Below, in pieces: positions 27,507 to 42,500 of a DNA stretch of 64,000 nucleotides. How positions within the stretch are numbered: the first letter of the stretch is position 1; each line of letters begins with the position of its first letter. This stretch comes from Tubiluchus corallicola (Eukaryota > Animalia > Priapulida), in contig JAQGDQ010000036.1 in NCBI GenBank assembly GCA_030141605.1, positions 682,001-746,000 of the forward strand, in the 5' to 3' direction. Both the position numbers and the translations under genes were made by a program. The notes under the pieces are model-generated. The model was not told the DNA's origin, ran no database searches, and saw only the letters and a program-made list of their open reading frames with translations.

Positions 27507-30500
27507 TCTAGTCATCCAGTCATAGTCTAACATTTCAAATATGGCTGTTCGCTGTAATGCTGTAATTTGAATACGTAGGTTATCTAGACACATTGGTTAT
27601 TTGGACACACATGCCATTCAAACACTAGGTGTTTGGACACATATAGGACTTTTGGACACTAGATATTTTATGCTGGTAGATCATTTGGACACTAAGTCAA
27701 AAGTTATTTGCATTTCGTATTTTTGGGCACACAAGTCCTTTACATAAAGATTATTTGTAACACGTAGGTAATTTGAAAATACATAAGTCGTCTTGGAAGT
27801 CGAAACATACGTAATATGGACACAGTTAGTTTTACCGATGAGCCAGGCACCGTAACTCATATTCAAAGTCAGTCCGGACTTTTTCATGTTTTCTTTGTGT
27901 CGGCCATGTTTGGTTCTAAAATTTAGTTACATCTCTAATTAGTTATTTTGAAATTAGGATTACAAACAAATTAAACCTAATTATTGTAATTTCAAAGCAC
28001 ATGATTTAGACACATTGGTTACTTAGGCACGTAGATAATTTATACACGAACTTTTTAGACAAGGTTTCATGAACCAGGACAACGTACCATTTAGCAACAT
28101 AAGTTACTGTAGCTAGATGTGTCATTTTCTTGCATAGGGACGACTGAATTTAAACCACTGTTTCTGTAAAAATCAAAGGGTTTCTGATGTCTCGAAAAAA
28201 CGTGGATCAAACAAATGATATATTTTCTGGTTAAATTGAATTTATAAGATGCGATTGTTACAGTACGGTGATTGCAGATGCGGGGCTATTTCTTACATCA
28301 GAAGAGAAGTTTCTCCTCGAAGATTTTTCTTTAGAAATTATTAAAATGGGCAATTAAAAAAACTAGTTTGTTCGGTTCGGCGTCTGATGAAGAATTGTGC
28401 TTGAACTAACCGTAGTCGCCGCAGGTATGAATAAGTTTCGGCATTCTCGCCATAGTACCGTACCTTGCAAGCATGGCTTCGCTAAAAACGATGTGCAATA
28501 ACAAGTGCATGGCTATGTGTCCAAAAACAGCAAGTGTCCAAATGTCTCTTATGTTGCCAAAACTCTTGGAATGCTCAAATAGTCTGTGTCTAAATAATCA
28601 ATGTGTCAAATGATCTATGTCACCAAATTACCTTTGTCCAAATTACTTGTGTCCAACATACATTGTGTCCGAATGTCTTTGTTGAAAATGAAATGTCTGA
28701 TCATCAAGTGCAGTGTGAAGTGCATTAGGTATCATTTTAAATTAATGAGTAATTAGCATAATTTCTCTCGCAGTATAAAAACTTGTATTCATGCTTGCTG
28801 AGTAAACTGACTGGTATCTTCCCAAACCAACTGTATGTCTGCGTACCTATATTGAATTAATAATTGCTTTATTTGTTGCTGCTACTGCTTATCAGTTAAG
28901 TATTTTTCCTGCTATTTAAGCTAACGTATATGTTGCTTAAAAGGTGCGTGCATTACAAAATATAGCGTGCTCTTGTTGAGAACATTTTCGTACTGCTTTC
29001 TAGCGTACAGTACTAGAAGTTGATTGTGTACTAATTTTCTTCTCACTGACGTTAAAGTAACACATCATTGTTGCCACACTCGCAAAAAAGCGACGGCAGT
29101 CACGATAACAGGTCAAGCTGTATATCGAAACCAACATAACCAACATGTGAGGCCTTTATTGTCTATATCAGGGGTGTGCAAATTATCTGACTAGCCGGGC
29201 CACATTAAACTTTCCCGCAATTCCTGCGGGCCACAGGCAGTTTGATCAAGAAGCCAAGTACAGAAAGGCCTAATAACGATTTTTTGCATCCGACCCGCGT
29301 ACATCATTACTACTGCACTCAAGAAACTATTTTAGAAGTTATTAAAATTTATATTACAAACCATATATTTCTACTTTCAGGACAAATAGTGGTAATTTCA
29401 TTGCAATGCATATTAGTAATGTGTATCACACAGTCTGTGTAGTACAGTGACATTAAGCTACAACCGTCTTGTAAGGGTTAATGGTATCCGATCTTGTAGA
29501 AAAAACTAACCGCACTATCTTTGGGATCATGGCACGGACTTCAGCTGGATACACTCAATTAATCTCGCCCGGGGCGCACTTTCATTAGGTTGACGAATGT
29601 CTTCGCGGGCCGCACAAATTCTCTCGGCGGGCCGCAAGTGGCCCGCCGGCCGCAATTTGCACACCCCTGGTCTATATAGTTCAAAAACGTTCCATGCAGT
29701 GCTTTGTAATATATGTACGTGTGCGCGCGCGTGTGTGTGTGTACTAGTTCCGTATTAAGAAACATTTGCCATTGTAATCTTGAGTCGAAAATCGAATTCT
29801 GTTGATGAACTACTATTAAAATTTAGTAAATCGTGCCAGTGTTCCTAGCTGCACTAAACGATCTACAGGCAGCGGCGGATTATGATTTTATGGGCCGTAG
29901 GCTTGAGCTTGGAACGGGCCTTTTAAATGTTGCTACACTGCTAAGCTGACGTGTTTTTGTGGAGCTCTCGTCGTTTGTAAAGGATGACAAATTAAACAAT
30001 TTATCACTGATGCATATTGAGTCAGATATGTTGAAAAAAATGGACTTTTGAGAAATTATGACTGACTTTGCCCCCAGAAAAATTCGGAAACTGAAATTTT
30101 GAACTTAAACTTAAACTGTGTAAACGTGAATTGTGTAAACTTAAATTGTGTAAACTTGATTTGTGTAAACCCGATTTGAAATATAGTGACTGACTTTTGA
30201 AAAAAAAACTTTTTTCTATATTTTATTTTGGCGGGCCCCTTGCTCTTTTGTCAATTTATTTTTTTTTTACAAAAAAAAATTTTTTTTCGTTTTATTTTGC
30301 CGGGCCCCTTTTGATCCCGGGCCTTAGGCTTCAGCCTATTCAGCCTATAGGGCTATCCGCTACAGTCTACAGGAAAGAAAAAACAGCAAAAACAGCAATG
30401 AAATTGAAGCTAACAAATGAGAACAAAAAATGCACAACCGTGGATGAGGTTTGATTTCGGTCTCGCTTTTTGGAAATCCAAAAAAATGTGGCAAGTCTAA

Positions 30501-33500
30501 TGACCGATTTAGCCGTGTTGGATTTCTGCGACACTGATCCATGCAGTAATTCATTAGTCACGCCGCCCCAGCTAGATCTGACTCCAACCACAAAACTTGC
30601 TTTGATTTATTGGGCGTTCAATAATAAATAACAAACGGCTAACTTTTCAACAAATTTGAATTTGGTACTGAAGTAAGAAGTTGCCAAACCTAATATACAT
30701 GATGCTAATTCCTGAGACCGTGAACTTAAATAATGAGATTCGCAAAAAATAATTCTTTTGCTTTCGTGTGGATGTTATTATTATTATTTTTTAGAACTTA
30801 CAACCGTTTTTACAAGAAAAAATTGCTTTTTCCCAAAAGCTATGACCTTTCGTAACTCTACCAGTCAAATTGGGCAAAACATATTTAATAAAAAAACTTT
30901 TTTATGCGTGCTATGGAAATCGTATAAAATTAAACTATCTGTTTTAAGAGTTTCCTGAGTCTTCTATTGTTTTGCGCAGGATTCTTCAAGACGACCTTGA
31001 TGTCTCATAGGCTAAGACTAATTGAACCCATTCCAAGAATGGAACCCAAATGGATAGTACTGTCGACGTGTCATCGTCGCTGTTATGGCCGCAATAAAAA
31101 ATCAGACCACAACAGTTGAATGTTCAGCCGGAATGCGTCCAAAGTATCTATGAAATCCTTGTAATATTGTCTATATATACTTGCCCTTTTTGTGCTTCCG
31201 TGTTACTTTTTATGTCCATAATTGTTCCCTAATCGTGTTTACCCTGTACATATGTGCTGTAATTATTGCCTAAGTCATGGACGCGTTTAGTCTTATTAAC
31301 GGTGCCTCATGATGTTAATCGTATTTATGACTACTATTTTTATTATGTGACATTTATCTTCTATGACTGAAAGGCTGTTTCGTCTTGCGCAAATTCACCT
31401 GTCTTACTTGCCTTCATTGATAATGGTTTCTAATAATACGCGCTATAATACAGTTCTGAGTCGTCTGACGTCATCCCACGTCGTGCGCTGGCCTCTGTCT
31501 TCTTCAGATAACTGTTGACCAGAAATGTATCTTTGAATTGGCCAATTAAAGATCATTCGAGGCAAGAGCTCAATAATTTACTCATTGCCAGGCGTTGTAA
31601 AGGCTTTACTACAATCGACTGTAAGCTGTCCTGGTTTTAAGAGATAATCACGCGATAAAATTGGATTCTAATAGCGTTTGCGTCTGACACACATACAATG
31701 AATTTCTAATTCCATTGTGTGGACAATGCCTTTTCGACGCCATGTTGCATGTTATTCATAAAGTAAACATCATTTATAAATAGCAAATTGGATGATAGAA
31801 AATGATTTTGTTGCCATCATTCCCATGCGATAATTTTTTGGGACTAAATACTACGGCAATCTTTCGAGTTTGCTAATTTAGTAGTTTAAATACCTTTTAT
31901 AAATGCCAAATTGTTTTTAGATTTAGTTGCATCCTCATTCCCATGGGGTTTGCTAACGTCATTTTTTTCGTTTTCCACTGTAGATATAAATACTGTTGTA
32001 GTTTTCTGAGTTTGTTAATTAGTAGTAGCCCCCCCCCCCCTGTATTTTCATGATGTAAACCCGAGGATCATCAGCAGAAATTGTTCCACATTGTATCTAT
32101 TCTAATGAGTTAAAGGGGAAGCAAATTAAATTTAAAAAAGTATGTGCCAAAAAAACTTTCCATACAAAGTTATATTACTTGGTATTACGCTTATCTGTTT
32201 GAAAGACTTATGGAAAGGAAAATTCTTAAACTAAAGGCCAAGCCTTCTGTGAAGTTAGGCTTATTTCAATGTTCGCGAAAAGTGTTTGAAAGATTTAGTA
32301 ATAAAACTGCAATAAGCGCCTCGTGTAACTAGTAAAATCACTTTAAAGTCGCGATCACTTCATGCTTGAACGCTCCCATTTTCGATGCCCATTCTTCTTC
32401 CAATGACGTTATTCGTCCTTAAGAAAAGTAGCGCACTGTCAATCTTCGTCAACAGTATAATAAGTTTTTACAAAAAATTAGATAGCTAACTTTGTAATAT
32501 TGTTGCGTGGACATTAGGTAAGTTGCAGAAATTTGAATTAGTTTAAGCAGTGCACGCACGCAACACGGAAGTCCAGGACGCGCTTACGAAAAGTCACGAA
32601 GTCCCTCAGTTACATCATGATTTTCAAACGAATGGCGGCAGTCACCATGCCTGAAAATTTCTATTCAGACGTATTGTAGTGTAGTTCAGATTTATGGTTT
32701 ATAGGCAACTTGTAGTTTATAGTTCTTTGCAAATTTTCTTTTTTATATTTTTCTAAGTTTAAGAAACAATAAAATAAACCTAACATACTGAGTGACTTGT
32801 TCGTTCCATTAATTAATAATTTAAAATATTCGCGGCACCTGAAAAAACGGTACTGCATCGCCTCCTCAGTTTGCTCCGTTGATTCAACAATAAAGTTGAA
32901 CTTATTATTGATCTTACTTAAACTTCTGTTTAGTTAGCGAAGAGTGTGGTTTGAAAACTCTGTATATTTTTTCAAATATAACGCACTGTTATCTACCTCA
33001 AACGACTTACCGTTAAAATGGCTATAGGACATCGCGGGAGTCTAAATTTATAAATTTTATGCAGCGTTAACTGCTAAAGCAAGCCCTATATGCACAGCTA
33101 GATGTAGTCAAATTTTAAAAATTTGTTTTAAATTGTATTGTTTATTTTATTGTTCATTTTGAATTATAATACTTTGCTTGCTTGATATTTGCCTAATCCA
33201 CTGAACTGGAATTATGTATCTAAATAGTAAAGCCAAACAAGTATTTTTAAACTCACCAGTATTATTTGCCAATAGTCCCTGTACTATCTATTGAAATTGT
33301 AAGATGCTGACTCTGATGATTTTATGGTCCTTCCTTCACCACATCGACTCTTTATATGTATTTATATTTTGCAAGTAATTGTAAAATTATTAGGTTTGAG
33401 TTTAAATAAACCTAACTAAAATCTGTTCACAGTAACTGCGTTCGTTAGAAAAGAGTGAAAATGCATCATGCCGTTGTAATAATTACGTTCCAGTTGTGAG

Positions 33501-36500
33501 AATGCAAAATGAATGTCAAACATATTAAATGTAGGAAAAGATTGCGCACTGTCACAAAATTCAGTTACATTGTGTAGTGTTTCAGTCGTTTAATAAAGCC
33601 ATTATGGCGAAGTCATTAAGTCTATTAATAATATCAAGTGTAAGATTTCACTAACTATAACGATTTCCCGACTATAAATGCGCTGTAATCTCAAGTGTGA
33701 TACATGAATTCCTGTCCCAGAACTTACTCATAAACGAGAAATTGGTTATTAGAAGCAGCGGTTGTTACACTGCTATTTACTGCTGAAGCACTTTGTCCGA
33801 CGAATAGCTTCGAGAGATTTTCGATCAGTTGGAAATGTCGCGTAGTGAATGAAAAATTCTGCTTGGCATTTACATGCTTGGTGTGCTGTGGCCAATCTGC
33901 TATTGTGCACACTGCTATTCTGAGCACAAAGTAATACCATATATGGTCACTGAGCAGTATCTATTAAATACGCATGCGCGTTTGTTTACCAGTTCGCCAC
34001 ATACAAGCTCACTGGTATTGAAGGCTGAAAGTATTTTCATGTTAAATGGGCATTAGTCAGACTTAAATCCCAAGCTTTACTCAAAGATTTGTATACCCTA
34101 AACTTTTATCCTAAACGGTTTACAAGGGTAATTTGTCACACATCGTCATTATAAATTAAACCCTTTAATGAACAACTTATTTTTGTTAATACCTAGTGAA
34201 TAGCTCATTCACCACATGAATTCACTGCAGAGGTAGCGTACTTGCTTTCCATGCGGAATGTTGTAGGTTCACTTCCTGGTGATGACTTCGGCAAACCCGT
34301 GCATTAAACTAACTATCGAAGTAAGTGCACGGTAAAGATGGCACAGGAAAAAGGCCATTTTTACCGTGCCATTTTTTCCTGTGCCATTTTAGCTACATTC
34401 ATCGAAGTCATTGTTAATTAGCTTGCGTTTGTTATCTACAGTTGTCAGCCTCGCCCAAGTTCAAGCTAATTGATGACCTCAAAAGCAACTTTAAATAAAA
34501 ATTATTATTTCTGTTGTCGTCATCGTCGTCGTTTATAAAGTTTTAAACACATAAGCGCTTTAGTTGTAAAATATTTTATTTTTCATTTACTTTGCAAAAT
34601 TTGGCAAACACAAACTCTTCTGTAATTCTAACTGGCTATTTTTAATTTTCTATTCGCGGTTCAAAAATCTACATTTATTTAGAGATGCATTTCTGTTCAT
34701 CTTAGTTTATAAAACTTCATTTTTCAATACTGTTATAATTATTGTGTGCAATATACTTCTTTTTATAACCCGTTCGTATTATCATAGAATCATATACGTA
34801 GAACCTGCCATAGCAATTACCAAGTTGAATCATACAAATGTAAATAGAAATCCACATTATAGTCAATCCACAAATTAGAAATAATTATTGGAACAAGAAC
34901 TTCGCTAATGTGCAGAATTTTTTTTAAATGAGCAAACATGTTTCGTTTGCTTTGAGCTATTACTTAAACTTGATAGTGACTAGTGCCACTTCACCTTTTT
35001 TTCTTAGGCGATATGGTTTTTGTTTTGTAAACTAATGTCGGTCTTACCCGCTAGCAATATATGCTTCTGATTGTTACGCCGTTAATATATTACATCAAAA
35101 TTTTATTCAATAAATCTACCACTACTGCTACTAACATGCAGCATAGCAACTGTGAATCATGCAAATGTAGCCTGTCATAGCAAATTTGAACCAAGAGTAA
35201 AATGTAACATAGCAAGTCATAAGTTTAAATTGTGGATAATATAGACTGCTTTTACCAATCAATATATCAACACAAAGCATTGTGTCGTTTGCCTCAGAAC
35301 AGGTAAATGTAATTGCAAAACCCACTTTTTGGAGGGACGGTATGAAATTTCATTCTAGCTTTTTGTAGTAGTACTAGTAAAAATATTACAACGAATTCGC
35401 GCCTATATGTTGTTGCTATGTAAAATATAAATTGCGTAAATGCTTTCCTCTAGCGTCATTGCTGTTTCCTTGTCTTCACTAAGCTTCTGTAAAAGGGCAG
35501 ATCTAAGTCTAGGCACCAAGTCTTTCAAAATGTGGACCATGCAGGTGCACAGCGCTTTGCGTTAAGTTATGGAAGCTGTTCAAGTGTCACTGCTAAACAG
35601 AGCATTATTTCAGCATAAGTTAAACAAACAATATTGAAATTCTGTAGTAACATGATGTCGTGCCTTGTGGGTGCAGAGGACGTGCTGTAAACCTACATAA
35701 TGCCTTTTGCTAAAACGCCTTATCTGTATATGAGAGTGAGCTCCTGGCCTAAATACGTTCAGCAAAACAGCCCCATGCTTTATCGCTACAACTCTCAGAG
35801 GATATTGGTGTTTCAGACGCCCCCGTCATGATTCTGCGTGTGAATGACTGAAGCCATCGCACTGCCTACATGCGTAGTAACTATGCTCTTCGCGCAGCTT
35901 TCAATTACTGTAAAGCGAGGAGGATAGTTGACGTCAGCCCGCAACAGTATTGAGCGGTGTGTGCAAACGACCTGTGCTACCATATGGTAGACGTGTTTTG
36001 GTGTTTTCCTACCTATTTTCCTTGATTAACAGGACCATGACATCTTTTTGTGAAGCTGCAGTGAGAAGATTAATTTGCTTCTTTCGCTGTTTGAAAAACT
36101 ACTAATAGCCATATTGCTGAAAAGCCAGATAGAAGACTTTCGTTCGCTGGCTAGATAGAGCTGAGCTAAACTGTGTGAATTTGGATTATCGAAGCTGCCA
36201 TGCGTCCATTGTTGATTCACAGTGACTTATCATTCCATATGGTACAAACCCCAGAAAAATATTTACCAATTGATTACCATCTTCACCACGATTTTAACAG
36301 AAAGCTGGCGGACTACACGAATCAATAAAAAGTGAACGAGCCAAGTAGCAATTTAACTCCATTAAATCGTTTGTCGGCGGTACCCTTATGTTGTGAATGC
36401 TGATAATATAAGAGACATATGGGCGATTTCTAAGTTGTTGCCATGGAAACTAGTATCGTGTGGTCGGTGGATGTTGTGCTTACCAGAGTTTCAGCCGCCA

Positions 36501-39500
36501 TGTGATAACAGGCGGAGATTTCCATATTGTACAAGTAGAATTAGCGTTGTAGGGCAGTTTAGTATCCTGTTTATCTTTACTTCCTCCGTATAACTGTAGT
36601 CTTCAGCTGTATCTTGTCATTTAGGTAAGAAATTAAGTTACATTTTAATTGTTCTTGTTACGTTTTAGACACATACATAGCTGTGTAAATTTTGCTTCAT
36701 TTTTCCTATTAAATTCATTATGAATCATTTAAAAACAAAAAACCTGACATTTTCTTGTTAAATGCTAATTAAACCTGATTAACCGTGCGTGTTTAATTTG
36801 ATTGTAAGTGTAAGTGTTTAATTAATGGCTGACATAACAATTAGTAATCCTTAAGAACTGCATATAAGTTGTGAGAATCAAATTTCCACTTGTTAGCCTC
36901 AGCTGATGCTCAAAAAATCTTGCTGATAGTAATTATTCATTAAATGAAATACAAATAAATACTTTTCAGTTACCAGATGTAGCTATATCCTAGGTAGTGT
37001 AAGGTAAAAGTTTCGGGGATTAAATAGTTTTTATAAAAAGAAAGTGTAGCTGCCTACTGACTTGTGCGCCTGGTTTACCACTTACTTTTACTAGATACAT
37101 TTGCAGCAAAAGGATGCAACTTTTACAAGCGTTTTAAGCTTGTTGTACCTCAAATTTACTTTTATTCGTTTTGAAAGAAAATTAACACAGATTGTGACTG
37201 ACTGTGATTATTGCAGGTAGATTTATCCTACACTTGCGCACTCAGGCTCACGCATGAGTGTGATTTTTAAAGAAACGAGCTGTACTAAGGCTCCTTAAAG
37301 ACAGCTTATGACGTCCGAAGGCTAAATATAAAATTTTTCCTGATATTGTTTTCATCGTTCTCGCTGCACGACCTATGTCACTCGGCTGTACTTGGATAGT
37401 AATGGACACTCGCCGGCTAGACAAGAACATTAAAACGCTTACTTTTTGTGCAACTGTTTTTGATTTTCTAATCAAAAGGTGGGCAAGCTCTCATCAGTCT
37501 CATGGCGGATAAAATTCCACAATTTTAGCTGCAGCTATTAAGTATGTATAATCATGAACGAGAAAATGTCTCTAGCGTCTAGACTGAGCAGTTTTCCACC
37601 CACACACATTGTTTGGCGGTGTGCCAAGTAGAAATAAATTAATTGCCCGTGATTCTGTAAAAGATAAAAAAGTTGATGTTGGTACCAACCAGTTAACACT
37701 GTGTTCGTACCATCGTTAATAATAATCTTTCAAGACGTAAGGATTATAACAGTTATTTGATAGAACGGTCTGAGTGCACTCTCCCTCTGTATGTGCCGTA
37801 AAAGAATTTATGCGTTTGGTTTAAACGTTTAAAAAAATATCGGTTGACATGTTGGTAGGATTGTAAAGTGCTGATGAAAATGTAAAATTGTGAACGAATA
37901 GAAACAATTTCCAAGCCTCAGTCTTCTGAAAGAACGTATTTTCTTTTATTTGTCAAACACTTTAAAACAGGAATTAATTTGTTTTCAAGTCCACAGTCGA
38001 ATTGCAGTGACATCAGTGTTGGCAACCCCGATCCCGAACACCCCTATTTTTGACAAAGCGGTGAGCTTTCTGACTGAATCACATATGGCAAGTTATATTT
38101 CGATATGGATTCATCATAATAATTAATAACGATTAATAATTTGACAGACCATGGTCGGCATTTTTTCTCTGTTGTGTCACACGCTGTACCATTATTGTTC
38201 GAGATTACCCCGTTACAGAATTATTTGCATTGTTAGGTTATACAAAGTTTATCTGAAAAGCTGCCTTAATATGGTTTTCCACATTGACGAAATTCATATA
38301 CGCAAATTTATAGAGCATGGCTTTAAAGTCACGTGGTAACGTTACTACAGATTTGGATACATCTACAGATTTAGATGGTTCATATTGTATGCTTAAAATC
38401 ATGTTTCCTATGCCGAAATTTAGACTTCTTCACACGCATCAACCAGGCAGTACTAAATCGGCAGCAATCTGGTGTATTCCTATAATCATAGTGCAAGCCA
38501 GTTAGTCGAAATCACTATTTTTTGCAGTTTATCAGAGTGATTAAGAAAAATGGTCCATCCTAAATGATTAAATTTTGTAATATTTTTCATGTGTCTATTG
38601 GGCAACTAACTCGTTGGTTTTATAATGAAAAACAGAGAAAGCTGGCTGCCTGTCACATGCCCTACTAATTGCGGGAAATTTTGTTTAAGTTATTAAAAAT
38701 TATTTACCAGCTTTTTGGGTACATAAACATCCTAGCTATAACAATCTTACATAATCCTCAAGAGGATGTCAGGTTTTATGTTTTAATTAAATTACTTTAC
38801 TGCTATATCTATGTGTGTACAAAATTGTTGTTACATATTGTAAAGAAATGTAATGTAATGTTGTAAAACGTGTATTTTGAACACTACAGACACATGAGGC
38901 TATGTGAAATACTTGTTAATTTTTGTCTATTTAAAAATTCTGATGTATCTTGCATAATTGAACTATCATGTATCTGTTTAAGCATGTTTATTTTGAAAGA
39001 TTTGTTCTCATAAGAATTAATTTACATTATATATTTATTTGCATTTATTAATATTGTCAAATGTTGCAGATAGTCTATGCTTTTTTGTCTGGATCATCGT
39101 TGAACGTTCCACTGAGCCTTGTTTCGGTTTTTTGCTTACCATTCAAACTTCAGTTGTATTAATCCACTGGGGAGAACTTATAGTGCTCATGAATAGATCG
39201 ACCTCGAATCTTCTAGTCACAAATTTTGAAGACAACAGTTACAATATAACTGACCATGATTAAAATCGGACTGAAGAACCACCTGGAAAAATATGAAGCC
39301 TGTCAGTTTGGATATATGCTATGTTGCCTTGAAGCGTTTTCGCTACGAACATTGTTTGAAATTGTAATTTCATTATTGGACATTCCATTATATTTTGTAT
39401 AACTGTTAATTTGCACAGAGTAGTTTATTTAATATATATTGTATTGAAGAGATATATATGTATATATGTTATTAACATCCGTCAGCTGGCCTGAAACGTG

Positions 39501-42500
39501 TCATTATATTATTGGAAATTCCTGCAAAGTTTCTGCTGGCAGCAGCTGGAAAAAACATTCTTATTACTTGGAACTGTGTGATATATGTTCAACATTCAAG
39601 AAAGAGTTTACTATTCAGTATTTATTTTATCTACACAGAGATCTCACCTTTAATATTTTTTTCTTTTGAAAACATTACTGACTTTTCACTTGCTTGGTGT
39701 AGCAAGTCAGTGACTACGAAACTCTAGACTACATATTGCAAATGATGACGATATTGTACATCATCATTAATTCTGAGTGATCAGACGGCTACTATATAAA
39801 CAACCGACAATCAGGTGTAGTTGTCAGATATTGATAAGAAGAGCAAGAGTTTCTTAAAGTTACTCTTAAACAGTTGGTGACTGTTTCTTTCTTCAAAAAA
39901 CTTTGTTAAATTGGATAGTCGTTCTACCATCAAGCTGGAGTGCGACCGAGAACCTGGTGCCAAGCATCCAGCCCCCCATGTAAAACGAACGCCGCCATGT
40001 ACTAAGAACTTAAGTCTTCCGTTATCGGTGGTAGTAGACACAGTAGCAAAAGTGTCGTTAAAGCGCCGTGTTCGTGCTTCCGTGGGTGGGTCTGGGAGAC
40101 GTGGTGGCAGTCCCATGCGAACAGGAGAGAAGCCTGCCACTTCTCCTATTGAAGAATTATTCCAGCCTGGCAGTGTGTACGTATACTGCACTAACCTCAG
40201 TCCGAGATGCTATGTCATCAAGAAGGTATGTACTTTCCTTTTAGAAAAATTAGCTAACTAAAAGTGGTTAATGCACAGCTATGATCTCTTGATAAGGTTG
40301 GATTATGGACATCCAAACTGAGAAGATTGTAGATGTGTAAAATTAACAGCCCAGAAGCATTGTAACATAATTTTCATATTGTCAGTTGCTGTAACATAAC
40401 AAATGAAGTAACTTTATATTATTAGCAAACATTGCTGTAATTGCAGTACGTGAGTCAATGACAGCCTATGCGTGAATGTGCTACAATAGTGATTGATAAC
40501 TATGGTATTTGCAGCTAAAGTGGTAGTAATAAACAACAGACTGCCAGGCTGCTGACCCTTAATAAAATGATAATATGCATAATAATATGCTAATTTTTTG
40601 GAAAGCTAGGTTAGCAGTTCCCCATAGTAAAGGTCTATAAGACTTTTGCAGAACTACATGCCCTTTGGGAGGTCATTGATTTCAACCATACATGGTAAGG
40701 ATGACTATGCGAAAGACCTGAAAATTGTCTGTATGATGGATGCATTTGCCATAGTACATGTTACAAAACATAGTGTTAATACAGCGTAGGTCCAGTGAAG
40801 GTAGGTCCAACATGGATTTTTGTTGGATACACAAATGGCCTTACTGTGTCACCAGATTTATCACACACAACGTCACCACACAATTTTAGTGTAAGTACCC
40901 TTGGCATCATAAAGTGAAGCACAAGTAGATGTGTAATACTGATGCACTCAACAATATTATCCCTTTGTTTTCATGTCAAGATGTATGACACTAGCCAGGG
41001 CTAAACTAATCTAGAATATGAAGCATCGTGTTATGCACTTATTGAGTTTTTTCTGCGCAAGTACCAAGTTTCCTATACTAACTCTGTGATGTCACAGTAT
41101 AAAAAATGACTGAAACTTGTTACATGGACAACAGCGAGAATGATGCTGGTTTCATGGTGAAACAGATCTCTTTATAAAGTTATACTGCTAGCGAGTAATC
41201 CAAAAATTTCATCTGTGTTGTCTATGTGTGTACATTTGAGCTGTCTGTAGTTTACGGCAGTTTCATGCTGCTCTAGTGGTCGAGCAATATCACTGTACTA
41301 GTAAATTAGAATGAAAATATCATTGCTACTTTAAACAAAATTTAGCATAGCTGTGAAGCCTGTGAAAAATATGTTGTTTAGAGTGAGAGTGGGTTTTTCA
41401 GCCAAGAAAGTTCAAAGAATTTTTTACCTGTGACGTAACTTGTGACGCAGTATTTTTTACCACACATTTTCACATTCAGACCATTTTGTTTAGACTTATT
41501 ATACGCTAAAGCAATTTTGGATAAAGCTGAATTATGATAAGAAGTTTTTACGTGAACAGTGAATATGTTATGTTACGTGAACGGTGGGCACATTATTTTG
41601 TTATGTATCTAACCCTTAAGGTAAATCACTTTTCGTTAATTGTTCTAGGCATTTTTGAAGTGGGATTGATTGCGGTGGGTATGCTTCAAACGTGTTATAT
41701 GAATGAACTGCCTATATGAATAATTATTGTCTCTATAGGCGTACGTGTATTGATTTCCGCCCACGTTGCCTGTGCCAGAAATGAATCAATATTACCCGTC
41801 CACGCGCTGGTCGTTTGACCTTTTCTGGGTGCGTTTTTACGCGAGTATAGCTGCGTAGCGATCCGTTTGTACGTATAATATGCATATTATATATTATAAA
41901 GGTATCTAAAAGGTATACTATATGACTGTTTAGCACCTGAGAGTAACTATTCAGATTTATTATGGCTGTTAGAGCTGCAGAGATAGCAGTCGTAAGTGCT
42001 TCACTGCTGAAGCTCAGGTGCTATGTTGATCAATGGTCATCCATAATGGACGATGACGCATCCGTGCATGTACATAATTGTGGCTTCAGGCATTTTAATA
42101 TGTTGCCGCAAAATTAAAAAGACAAAATTATTTATAATTTTCGCTGAATCACCGATTTTAATAACTGCTTATTTATACTCCTTCTTTGGAGAAACATTCC
42201 CTAATAAATTATCAAGATTGTTATTAATGATGGCACGAATTTATAATTAATTAAATTTGAAATCAAACTTAAAATACAAGAAATGCGAAAAAGTTGAAAC
42301 GTAGCTATGATTTGAACCAAGATCTTCTGCCTACAAAGTGGACAAAAATATCTGGTCTTTTGTCAATTGTTACTTCATTGAAGAGTATTTTATGAGGAAT
42401 CAGCTCGCCTGCATTCTGATGACATGTCGTGCCCGATGAAGATATGCAGTCACTGACAGTATTTCATGATGGTGGCTTGTCACGAAACACTGCTTCAGGC

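Noticed and set aside
27585-27720. Spaced short repeats superficially like a CRISPR array
   Set aside because: Units are about 8 bp, degenerate and mirrored on the other arm: transposon subterminal repeats in a eukaryotic intron.
39811-40191. 126-aa minus-strand ORF
   Set aside because: Antisense shadow of the GC-rich plus-strand exon candidate; no recognisable motif.
42410-42500. ctgatga and cacGAAACac motifs
   Set aside because: Stems and the cleavage triplet do not assemble into a hammerhead.
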